From Chiloscyllium plagiosum (lineage: Eukaryota), in contig NC_057719.1 in NCBI RefSeq assembly GCF_004010195.1, positions 31,883,525 through 31,915,674 of the forward strand: a stretch of 32,150 nucleotides of DNA, given 5' to 3'. Positions 9,337-19,900 of the stretch are shown here, piece after piece (the first letter of the stretch is position 1; the number at the start of each line of letters is the position of its first letter). Position numbers and translations under genes: made by a program. The notes beneath the pieces were generated by a model. That model was not told the origin of the DNA. It ran no database searches and saw only the letters and a list, made by a program, of their open reading frames with translations.

Positions 9337-10154
9337 CCCACACCCAATATATACAGGGTTCACGGACTCCACAGCACCACAGAACAAGCAGTTGGGCTGG
9401 GAGTCCATGAACCACTGCAATCTGTGGTTACAGGGGACCGCTGCATGCAACACTCTCCACCCAAGATCCTTGAGAGAAAGGGGAGGACTCCCATGTAGAG
9501 AGCCTTCTACTGGGGATCTCCACCAGGTGGACGTTGTCTTGTATCCTCTGGCCCGGGACTGTGTAGGACTGGTCTGGGTGAATCATGTGGGTCAGCATGG
9601 ATATCAGGTGAGAAGACAACACACTGGTGAAAAGTTTGTAATCTGTGCTAATGAGGGAGACCGGACACCAGTTCTTTAGAGAACGAAGGTCCCGCTTCTT
9701 CGGCAGCAGGACGATGACCACCCTGAGCCAAGAAAGGGGTAGCTCCCCACACCCAATATATACAGGGTTCACGGACTCCACAGCACCACAGAACAAGCAG
9801 TTGGGCTGGGAGTCCATGAACCACTGAAATCTGTGGTTACAGGGGACCGCTGCGTGCAACACTCTCCACCCCAGATCCCTGAGAGAAAGGGGTGGACTCC
9901 CATGTAGAGAGCCTTCTACTGGGGATCTCCACCAGGTGGACGTTGTCTTGTATCCTCTGGCCCGGGACTGTATAGGACTGGTCTGGGTGAATCATGTGGG
10001 TCAGCATGGATATCAGGTGAGAAAACAACACACTGGTGAAAATTTTGTAATCTGTGCTAAGGAGGGAGACCGGACACCAGTTCTTTAGAGAACGAATGCC
10101 CCGCTTCTTCGGCAGCAGGACGATGACCGCCCTGAGCCAAGAAAGGGGTAGCTC
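9337..10154. repeat. 409-bp tandem duplication inside the Tx1 ORF2 remnant
   Basis: 9337-9745 versus 9746-10154, with offset 409 checked at both ends and about 11 substitutions counted by eye. Confidence 0.92.
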
Positions 10155-11075
10155 TCCAGCAGTTAGATACCTCCCCCCAGGACCTGTGCGTAGTCGCTCC
10201 CCAGGACGTCCCAGAATGTCCTGAAGAACTCCACAGTCAGCCCGTCCAGCCCCAGGGACTTGCCCCTCGAGAACCGGTAGAGGGCACGGGTCGGCTTCCC
10301 TAAGGTGACGGGATCATCTAGCCTTCCGGCATCCTCTGGGCTGAGCTGCGGCAGGTTCTTCCACAGAACTCTGCGAGCATCCTCACTGGATGGATCCGGA
10401 GAGAACAGGGCAGTGTAGTTGGAGCGAATTTGGGCACTGATATCCTCTAGATACGAGACAAGGGACCCGTCTGGGACCAGCAGCACTAGGCACCTGGAAA
10501 AACAGTCTGTGAGGAAGGAGTGAGGATAATACCTTCCTCCTCTCCACTGCTCGATGACCAGCAGCGTTAAAGTTATTACAGCCCACATCAAGGCCTACAT
10601 GGGGCACAGGCTTATCCCCAGGACCTGGTGGAATAGTGGCATCAGGGGAATGTGCTGCAGTCCTCAGGGCTCGGTTTGGTTATGGCTGCAGTGCAGGAAA
10701 AGCAGGAGGCGTTACAGGCACATCCCCCGGGGAAGGGTAGTGCCATCGGCACACCGCAGGGAAGTCCTCCCCCTCCTGGTGACAGTGACTGTGGTAAATA
10801 CTCTCCTCTCCCTGGCCACCCTGATGGTCATGGGGCCTAAGGCTCCACCCCTCAGCTATTCACAGAATATGATTGGCTGAGGGTTTGCAGGGGATGTGGC
10901 AAAGGCAGGGAGAGCCAGCTGTGTCACTTCCTGTCCTGCCCTGCGCTATCTGGTGTTGGGAAGTGGGGCAGGAGCCCAGTTTCCTGCCCAGGACTCAGAG
11001 GCACAGCTGCAGCAGGATGGGACACAGCAACAGCAGGTTCCCCAGGGTCAGAGCCAGGGCACAGAGGCAAGGGCA

Positions 11076-11115
<40 letters not shown>

Positions 11116-11150
11116 ACGGGCACGGGTTCGAGTTCGGGCTCGGGCTCGGG
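11076..11150. repeat. (GGGCTC)n hexamer microsatellite, about 12 units, in Tx1 ORF1
   Basis: Direct reading; encodes PE or PS runs on the minus strand. Confidence 0.95.
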
Positions 11151-11326
11151 GTGAGGAATTCTGGGGTCATGTGCCACAGGACAAGGGTCAGGCACAGATG
11201 CCCTGAGTGTTGCCACAACAGGGCAAGATTCGGGCATGGAATCGGGGGCTCGGTGGTCAGGGTTCCCATGCTGGGGTGACGTTAGTGTGGCCATACGGGT
11301 ATTGTCGCGCTGGGGTAGGCCAGGGT

Positions 11327-11721
11327 GAGAGTCTGATGCCAGGAGACGGGATGGCATTACTTCCACAAGGTGGACTTGATGTACTTGGTCTCCTTCCATG
11401 CTGTCTGTCTGGCTGGACACTCACCCCCCCCCCCCCCCCCCCCCCCCTCCCCCCTCCCCCCCAAGGGAATGTTGGATTACTTTGCGGCCTTGAACAAATA
11501 CTTTGAAGTGGGCGTCCCTGTGTATTTTGTCACCACCGCCGGCTACAATTTCTCTACCGTCGACGGAATGAACGGGGTCTGCTCGAGTGTGGGATGTTAC
11601 AACAAGAGAGTCTGATGCCAGGAGACGGGATGGCATTACTTCCACAAGGTGGACTTGATGTACTTGGTCTCCTTCCATGCTGTCTGTCTGGCTGGACACT
11701 CACCCCCCCCCCCCCCCCCCC
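11327..11721. repeat. Identical direct repeat (about 97 bp plus poly-C, offset 279) flanking the NPC1L1 fragment
   Basis: GAGAGTCTGATGCC...GGACACTCA(C)n at 11327 and at 11606; no mismatches seen. Confidence 0.92.
11469..11605 (+). pseudogene. NPC1L1: Isolated coding fragment of NPC1-like intracellular cholesterol transporter 1 (C-terminal luminal domain)
   Basis: MLDYFAALNKYFEVGVPVYFVTTAGYNFSTVDGMNGVCSSVGCYN aligns by recall with NPC1L1 ..LLDYFLFLNRYFEVGAPVYFVTTLGYNFSSEAGMNAICSSAGCNN. No other exons are in the window. Confidence 0.85.
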
Positions 11722-12698
11722 AGTGACCGGGGCACGAGTAGCCTCTGGCTTAGGCATTACTGATGGGGCTTCTGGTATTGTCTTAGAGGGAGGGCAGTGG
11801 GAGTGGATGTGGTGGTGCCACCCGTGACTGCTGGTGTGGGCAGGGCAGCCTTCTGGGTGGGGCAGTTCTTTCTTACACCTCACGGCATAAGTGGTTCTGC
11901 ATGCTGTCCGCCATCCAGAAGATGTGGTAGGCTGTGCCCTCATGGAGCAGCGTAAAGGAGCCCTTGGTGATCTCCTCCTGAGTCAGGCAAATGAACACCT
12001 GGCTTCGGAAGGAGTAAATGTGTGTAAGGGCAGGGTCCTTCAGATGGAGCAGGAGCGAAAGGACACCTGACTGAATTTCCCCTAGTGTTTGAAAATGAGG
12101 GGAAAGGATCTCACCAGCAATAAGTGGTGGGACATTGGAGATCATGACCCTCTGGGCCATGACCTCCAAAGGATCAACGGGAAGGAACGACCTGCTCACA
12201 GTGAGCCCCTTCTGCACGGCCAGGTGGACCACTGGGTTGGTCTGAACGGGAAAATATGGCCCTTCCCGTACATCTGGGCTGCAGCATTGATAGCCAGTGG
12301 GATGACCACACTAGCCATGGCCTTACTGCAGGCCTTGATGGTCATGTTGGGATGGGGATAGGCCTTAACCCCCAGACATTTAGTCAGGTGCCTGAAGGGG
12401 GTTGGGGTTGTAACCCGGGCTGGAGCTGCCGAGCCTAATGCAGCAGCTACCCTGGTATAGGTGCGGCTGAGGCCTGCTGTCTTGGGGCTCGCCATGTGGA
12501 GCTGCTGGATGCTTCGTGGTCTTTCCTGGGCTGTGGTGACAACTGAACAGCCCAGGCAGCAGCAGCAACAGTCTCTTGTGTTGTAGAGCCTCAAGCAGTA
12601 GTGGTGGAGGTAGGCCCCAGGCAACAGCAAGAGTCTAAAATCCAGGGGGCCTGGCAGCAGTGGAGGCAGAGCCCCGGTAGCAGCGGCGGTGTTCAGGT

Positions 12699-12750
12699 AG
12701 GGCTTATACCCGAAACATCGACTCTCCTGCTCCTCAGATGCTGCGTGACC
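12699..12750 (+). mobile_element. Short Penelope terminal-repeat fragment at the Tx1/Rex1 junction
   Basis: AGGGCTTATACCCGAAACATCGACTCTCCTGCTCCTCAGATGCTGCGTGACC matches 1909-1960. Confidence 0.8.
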
Positions 12751-12751
12751 G

Positions 12752-13650
12752 GATGTAGATCACTATCAGGATAGTGGCGTTGAACTCACATGGTGATTAG
12801 TAGGGATGGCACTTTACTGTAAGGTATTCTCATCCAGGGAGCAGTAACTTGCAAGGGTTGCCACATATGAGCACCAGGGGGATGTTGATTAGGAGGCAGA
12901 CCCCACACCCCCAGCCCTGCCCGAGAACACCGATCAGTCCCTTAGGTGAACTAAGAAACCCTCAGGCTGTAAGGCACAGTCAGGTGTAGCAGGAATGAGC
13001 CATGTCTCTGTAAAACAGTGCACAGCAGTCTCTCTGGAAGGTAAGTCTAGCTTTAAGTTAATTGACTTTGACTTTGTTTTCAATGGCTTGGATGTTTGCC
13101 AGGAGTATGCTGGGGTAGGGGATCTTGAAACCATGTTATTTCAGTCTCAGCTGCTGGCCAACACATTTCCCATGTTTCCTGGTAAGATGGCTGTGTCTGG
13201 TTGATCCTGGGTGTCAGTGTTGGACGTCTGCTGCTTTGGAGGGTGTGGAGCCTGGGTACAGGTCATGACCACGAGCACCAAGAGGTTGTTGGAGTTGGTT
13301 CCATGTTGCCTGGTCCCTTCAAGATCGGGTGCCTTTCCTGGGCTTGTTTGGCCTCCTTGTGATTGGGACAGGCCTCCTTCAAGATCGGGTGTCTTTCCTG
13401 AGTTGGATCAGGCCTCCTTGGGTCACTGCAGGGTCAGGTATTGTTCCTGGGCTGGTTGGGCCTCTGTTCAGGGTTTCCTCGAGGTCAGGAAGGTCGGGCC
13501 CGTGGGAAGCCGGTATGTTCATTCTAGGTTTTGTGGATCCAGTGTTTGTAATCGGACCTGGACAGTCATAGTATCTTTAGATCTGCCAGTAGATTTAAGT
13601 GAACATTGTTAGTAATTTTAACAGACTTAGAATTTAGGTTTAAGAGAGCA
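12752..13650 (-). mobile_element. Rex1/Babar-type LINE 5' part (decayed AP endonuclease plus 5' UTR)
   Basis: CFTETWLIPATPDCALQPEGFLVHLRD...SGRAGGVGVCLLIN...EYLTVKCHPY, with stops and frameshifts. Confidence 0.75.
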
Positions 13651-14164
13651 GAATGGTTATAATGTACGTAAGAATAAGATATGCTGTGGAAAGCTCTGAA
13701 AGAGTCACCATGCATTGGTGCATCTTAAATTTTCTGTTGCTTGGATCCATTTTTATCCACCAAGCTACAGTGACAGGGTGGCTGTCAATGGTTTTTCTTC
13801 CTGCACAATATGCCCCAAGGATCTATCTTTGGCCTTCTTCAATGCATTAACTATGTGCTGCCCTTTGGGGGTCAAGATCTGCAAACAGAATATCAGTTTC
13901 CTGATGCACATTGGAAACACACATCACCTCTGCAACCCCTTCGCTGTCTCTGAATTATCAGATTGCATGCCTGACATCTAGTACAGAATTAAATACTGGG
14001 GAGTCTGCAGAGTTTAGCCTTGGTTTTGCCACAATCTGCATTCACTTGCTGTCTACCTCTTTCTTCTCTCTGGCAATTGTTTCAGGCAGAATCTGGTGAT
14101 TTGCAAACTCATTGTCATGATTGATTTTGTTGGCCTCACATGTTCTAAGCTATGGGATTGGGAA

Positions 14165-15260
14165 GTTTTCAAACTTCTTCTGCCTATGTCCCAAGTCACA
14201 CCAACTCCTGTTTACTCATTGCCTCTGTGCTTGTTGACTTATACTGGCTCAAGGCTGAGGGACATATTCATTTTTTTAAAATTCTCAAATTTCCATGCCG
14301 GGGTCCTTGTTATTTCTGTAACCACCTGCAGACTTCTTTATAATGTTTTGTAGCTCCGACAGCCCTCTTATCTTTGTAAGCTCCACCAGCTCCTAGATAC
14401 CTCCCTATCTCTGTAACTTCTTTTGCCTCTACATCCCTCCCTATCTCTTTAATCTACCCCAGCTCTTATACTGCTCCCTATCTCTGCGACCTTTTCCATT
14501 CCTGATATTCCTCCCTGCCTCTGATGTTCTTCAGTGCCTACACTCCTCCCCATATCTGTAGCCTCCTCCTACAATCCTCCTATCTTAATCTCCTCCAGTC
14601 TCGACATCCCTCCTTATCTTTGTAAACACCTCCAGCCCCTACATCCCTCCTTATCTCTGTAAACTCCTCCAGTCCCTACATCCCTCCTTATCTCTGCAAA
14701 CTCCTCCAGTCCTTACATCCCTCCCTATCTCTGCAAACACCTCCAGTCCCTACATCCCTCCCTATCTCTGTAAACACCTCCAGTCCCTACATCTCTCTCC
14801 CTGTCTCTGTAAACACCTCCAGCCCCTACATCCCTCCCCATCTCTGCAAACTCCTCCAGACCCTGCACCCCACCCTATCACTGTCACCCCCTCCAGACAC
14901 GATCAACATTTCCTGTACTTTCTTTGTGATGCACAGGTGATGGACAGCTCCTTTCGATGTATTTGTAGTATTGTGTACATGTGGTGGTATACACGGGGCT
15001 TTGTGGATGGCTGGTGCAGGGACGTTCATGTTGCATCATGGCTACTTGACCTTTCAAGGAACATTGTCTATAACCCTCCAAATGTGTTCCTTTAAATCTG
15101 GCTCTCATGCCTCCTAGATTGCTGGCAATGTTTTCGGTTACTGAGGTGTTCCTGTCTACACTTCTGATTCTCTATCTTAATTTCATCCTTTAAGACTCTT
15201 GTTAAACTTACCTGTTTAACCAAGTTATTGGTTAAATCTCATTATGCATCTTGTCTGGAT
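14165..15260 (+). mobile_element. Old L2-type LINE 3' end containing an expanded minisatellite
   Basis: Decayed QTSSAYVPSHTNSCLLIASVLVDLYWL..FKIL resembles the L2 ORF2 end (ITPVLADLHWL..FKIL..APPYLCNLLQP). L2-like tail near 15185-15235. Confidence 0.6.
14355..14880. repeat. 37-bp CT-rich minisatellite (CTCCAGTCCCTACATCCCTCCTTATCTCTGTAAACTC), degenerate toward the left
   Basis: ACATCCCTCC at 14641, 14678, 14715 and 14752 (period 37). Confidence 0.9.
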
Positions 15261-15294
15261 ATTTTATTACATTCAATATTAAAAAAAAAGATGA

Positions 15295-15865
15295 TGATGG
15301 AACTGAGAATATTTCAGATTGGAGGAAGTTTCTAGTGTTGACCTTGGGGGAACTATCACTCTTTCTGATACAAATTAATGACCTAACCTTAGTATATGGG
15401 TTATCATTCTAAATTTTACACATACCATAAAACTCAGAAATATACCGAACAGTGAAGGGGATAGTGACAGAATTGGGGAGGTTAATGAGAGATTCCACAG
15501 GATATTCGAAATCTTGAATGCTTTTAATAGAGAAAGTCAGGAGAAAAACTGCTTCCAGACACAGAAAATGTTAAACCAGAGGATGCCAATTTAGGGTGAT
15601 TGGCTAAAGAACTAGAGGCAACATTTTTTTTAAATGCAGCAGTGTTGTTATGATCTGGAATTCACTGCATGAAAACACAGCAGAAGTAAATTCAATCATA
15701 ACTTCCAAAGTGAATTAGATGAATATCTGAAATCTCGTAAAGAAACGCTTTGCTGGATTGTTGGATAAGGGCAGAGAGTGCGACTAATTAGATGATCTAT
15801 AAGAACAATACAGTTCTGTTACGTCAAAAGATCATTGTCTATGTATTAAAATTCTATGATTTCAT
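15295..15865 (+). mobile_element. Highly decayed CR1 LINE 3' fragment
   Basis: CR1-like RT remnants (..ATTAATGACCT.., ..CCATAAAACT..), a TGGAATTCACTGC motif and an ATTCTATG tail. Confidence 0.6.
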
Positions 15866-16354
15866 GATATTGTTACAGTTAGCATTGAGGAATTCAATGA
15901 GAAATGTTAATATATGATTGTAAATGTCAACAGACAAATGTGACCACAGTTAGTTATACAGGAGAGATTATTTGACTGGAAGTAATTGTTCTGTGCACAG
16001 AATGTAGTGATGGGTGAATCGTATGTTGTTGGGGTCTTTTTCTGGCTCTGCAGCCAGGAAGAAAGTCCCCACTGCTCCTTTTCAGGAAGAACACTGAACT
16101 ACATGACAATCATGGAAGTGGCAAGGCCATCAGTGAGCCTTTCCCTATAATCAAGACCTTGAGGATAGATATCCCACCTGGTGAGAACAGTTGGCCTCTG
16201 TATGTGCTGTCAAGAAGGCTTTGCTTGCTGTTAGAAGACCCATCCGCCTGAATCCCAGGACCATGGGGGTTCCAGGAGAAACATAAGGAATATGACAATG
16301 GGGTGGGTGATCGCAGGCATGTAGATCATGACGATAGAGGACCAAAACGATTGC

Positions 16355-16936
16355 AAAAGAATAGAAGCATGGAACACTTTCTAAATGGTGAGAAAATTCG
16401 GAAAGCCAAAGTACAGAGGGATCTGGGAGTGCTAGTTGAGGATTCTCTAAAGGTAAACATGCAGGTTGAGTCCGTGATTAAGAAAGCGAATGCAATGTTG
16501 TCAATTATCTCAAGAGGGTTGGAATATAAAAGCACTGATGTGCTACTGAGACTTTATAAAGCTCTGGTTAGGCCCCATTTGGAGTACTGTGTCCAGTTTT
16601 GGTCCCCACACCTCAGGAAGGACATACTGGCACTGGAGCGTGTCCAGCGGTAGAATTAGAGGGAGTAAATTTAGAACAGAAATGCGGAGACATTTCTTCA
16701 GCCAGAGAGTGGTGGGCCTGTGGAATTCATTGCCGCAGAGTGCAGTGGAGGCTGGGACGCTAAATGTCTTCAAGGCAGAAATTGATAAATTCTTGATGTC
16801 ACAAGGAATTAAGGGCTACAGGGAGAATGCGGGTAAGTGGAGTTGAAATGCCCATCAGCCATGATTGAATGGCGGAGTGGACTTGATGGGCCGAATGGCC
16901 TTACTTCTGCTCCTATGTCTTATGGTCTTATGGTCT
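16355..16936 (+). mobile_element. CR1 LINE 3' end with an internal deletion near 16650
   Basis: QRDLGVLVEDSLKVNMQVESVIKKANAML..LYKALVRPHLEYCVQFWSPHLRKDILALERVQR / FRTEMRRHFFSQRVVGLWNSLP, with a (TCTTATGG)n tail. Confidence 0.93.
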
Positions 16937-19900
16937 AAGCAAGAGTAGGAAGTTGGCTTTCATCAGGTCCTCTTTAGTTGGTGTCTAATTCCTCAACACA
17001 TGTTAATTGTCTTTAATCTAGGGAACACCACACCCTTTTGCACCTCACCTGCCATGAGGCAAAAAATAGCCCTCTCAGTTCCACCCACTGGGCATGATAC
17101 ATGGAGACCAACCTATCTGAATCCTGTGTGTTCATTAATTAGCCACGTCATGACATCAGTTGATGGCAGAATGGGAAGGTCAAGCATGGGCCTTATCACC
17201 CAGGGCACAATTATTTTGTGGAGGCAGCAAGATGGCAGCTTAGGTGACCGTGTCATCACTGTCCCTACACCCCAGTGAGAGCAGAAGATTCTGTCCAATA
17301 TTTAAGTGTGATGTTAAGTCACAGCCATTGACCATCATTTCTAAATATGCAACTTGTTGTTTAAAAAAAAAAACAGGTGTGTCAAGGGGTTCTGTTCAGT
17401 CTCAGAGCTGGCTCTGTGCTTGCTGAGGCAGCGTCACATACTATACACATACAAATAAAGGGTGACAATGTGGATCTATTTCAGAATTGGTGCCCCTGGT
17501 TGGGCCCTCTGTGACCCAAAGAGAGTTCTATTCCCAGTATTAATGTAACTACCACTGAAACATACCCTTCCATCCTCACCAATGCCCTGCACTGCCCCTC
17601 ATTGGCCTCTTAGCAGGACCTTTCTGACTGGTTGTGGTCACCTTGGCCACGATGTCCTTACTTCCAAAACAGCGTCCATGATGCTTACCCTGGATGGGTG
17701 CAGGAACTGCACTGACTACTGCTCCCAGCGGCGTTGCTGAGGCTGGAAAATGCTGGCCGTCTGACTTGATGGATGGGAGTCCTGACACTGGGCTCCTAAT
17801 TGTCAGATAGACATAAGCGGGGTTGTCCTTCAATGTCTGGCTGCTATCCTGAAAAATAACTTCCTGAATTAAATTCATTATCTAAAGACCATTGTGGAAA
17901 ATCTTTCCTTTCACTTGGGAAATAACAGCAACAGCAGGACTTTACTGTTCATAAACCTCAAGGATGTCTCAAAACCCTTCACATTCAATGAATTTCTTTT
18001 GAATGCATCATTGTTATTCTGTAGGTACTATAGACCTACCTATGAGAATATTTATTAAGGTGGTTGAAGAGTGAGTCAGTGGTATTATGCCATATATATT
18101 CTGATCAGCAGCTGAGCTGTGCATTAGTCATACATATCTGATCTCCACAAAAATACAGCACATTGGATGTTCCTCAGATTGCCTTTGTAAAAGCAAAAAT
18201 GAAAAAAAATCTCATATTTAATCATGATCAATGTGCTAACAACAAATTTACCCTCCTACGCAGCCCCTGTTCAATGTTCTGGACCAACCTCTTCAGTGTC
18301 ATCTTAGCTACTCAATTGAATAGTGCACGGTCAACTTCAACAGTGACTGAATGAAGCAACATTTCAAAATTTGATTTCAAAGAAAAATTCTGTTAAGAAA
18401 TCTGCCTTTTTCATCTCAATTAAAATTCTTTTTATGCACTATCCCTACTTATTCCAAGTTTTATACAACAATTTCATTTACAGAAAACATGGAGCACAGC
18501 CTTCCTTATGAAATTATGAAATTTTTAAATTGCCACTCCACCTGAATATAAAATTGAAACTTAGTAAAGTATAAAATTAATACGTTGGATATTCATTCAT
18601 AGTGAATAGCTATATGTCTGCTGTAAATATCTTAGGTGCAAAGCTATCGTCCACTCTGTAGTCTCAGGTATTGTTTAATCAAGTTGCTGTATAAGTCTAC
18701 GCAGTCACACAAAACTAATAAGTAGTTTAATGCATATGCTAATAAAGTAGGTGTATTTCTAAAACCACATACAAAAATTCATTAAATTACACATCCCTAA
18801 GGCTCTGACAAAATGGAAAAGAAATAACACATTCATGCCACAGTTAGAATTCAAGGCAACCAAATCAGTGGAGGTTACTGACAGATTTTGCAACATCGTC
18901 CGCAAATGAGATGAAACAGCCTATGAAACGTATGTTGAGAAAATAAAACATTAGATTGTACGGTGTTTAGGGAGTGAGTGGAGATGCTATTTGTGGCTCT
19001 GAATGGCTTGTGATCCTTCAGAGATTTGCCCCAAGCTGCAAAACACTGCACAGTGTAGTCATCTATTAATATTATTCTGCACTGACGTTTCATCTGAGTG
19101 AAGATTGCAAATTTTGCAATGTCCTCCCATAATCTGAATGAAATTCCCAAATGGTTATCAGCATACACATTGATTTAAAAAAACTGCTTGTTTGTGTTGA
19201 AAAATTAATTTTCATGCAAGAACAAACTCATTCCTCAAAATAGATAAGAGCAAAATGAGCAGAAGTGTGTGTGTACTGGGTATTACAGAGGTTTCTTCTC
19301 TAATTGAAAGCAATGCATCAATAATGTGTATGTCAAAGCATCCCTTAAGCAGCAAGATCGACTTTCTTCTGCTTCCTGTCCTTACATTTTGTCATAATTT
19401 TCTAGCGTTTGCTGGAGTAGTGCATCTCATTGTATGCTCCATTTGCATGCTGCCCACTTGTTATATACTCTCCTCACGGTTTCACTGTTTAAAAAAATTG
19501 CAAAGGAAGTTGCTGGAAGTGCCAATTATTAATTACATTATCAGTTCAATGGGAAATCTGTACTTTAATGAATGGATAGACTGTCTCTTGCATTAATCCA
19601 AGAGATTTGAAAATTTAGAAAGAAAAGGAGAGGAAAAACAGAAAAAGAAATGGAGTGAATTAGAGACAAATTAGATTCAGGAAAAGAAATAAAGGAAAAG
19701 ATTGGATTATGAGGGAAAAAAAGAAAAAGGCTGAAACAAATGCATTGTAACCTCTTCAGTTCAGTTATTTAGAAGCACCAATTGTCTGCAATTTACTTTG
19801 TCAGTTCCATCTCATCCAAGCATTCTTTCTAAATCACTGCTACTCTGTCCCCAGCACTCACTAATCACTGACATCTTGTCATTTTCCAGTAGGTGAACAT

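Larger units (their letters stand above)
8743..12698 (-). mobile_element. Tx1-clade LINE, decayed and internally deleted: ORF1 (ATG 12495), partial ORF2 (pre-RT linker, start of RT, C-terminal Cys/His domain), 3' UTR
   Basis: GKSLGLDGLTVEFFRTFWDVLG, LPLSWLRxVIVLLPKKRDLRSLKNWCPVSLISTDYK, IHPDQSYTVPGQRIQDNVHLV, CLFCGAVESVNPVY and LGLAKQAINKSGQR motifs, plus ORF1 VMISNVPP..F..QVF. Confidence 0.9.

Noticed and set aside
11370..11615. Functional NPC1L1 exon or gene at this locus
   Set aside because: Partial coding stretch, no splice donor, no neighbouring exons, and embedded in a LINE.
16081..16354. Nearly open plus-strand frame running into the CR1 fragment
   Set aside because: Contains a stop, has no recognisable homology or clear splice sites, and needs tBLASTx to interpret.
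17576..17878. 100-aa ORF as a host exon
   Set aside because: No recognisable family; looks like decayed repeat sequence.
18875..19596. 97-aa and 113-aa ORFs as genes
   Set aside because: Composition is typical of chance ORFs in AT-rich DNA, with no motifs.
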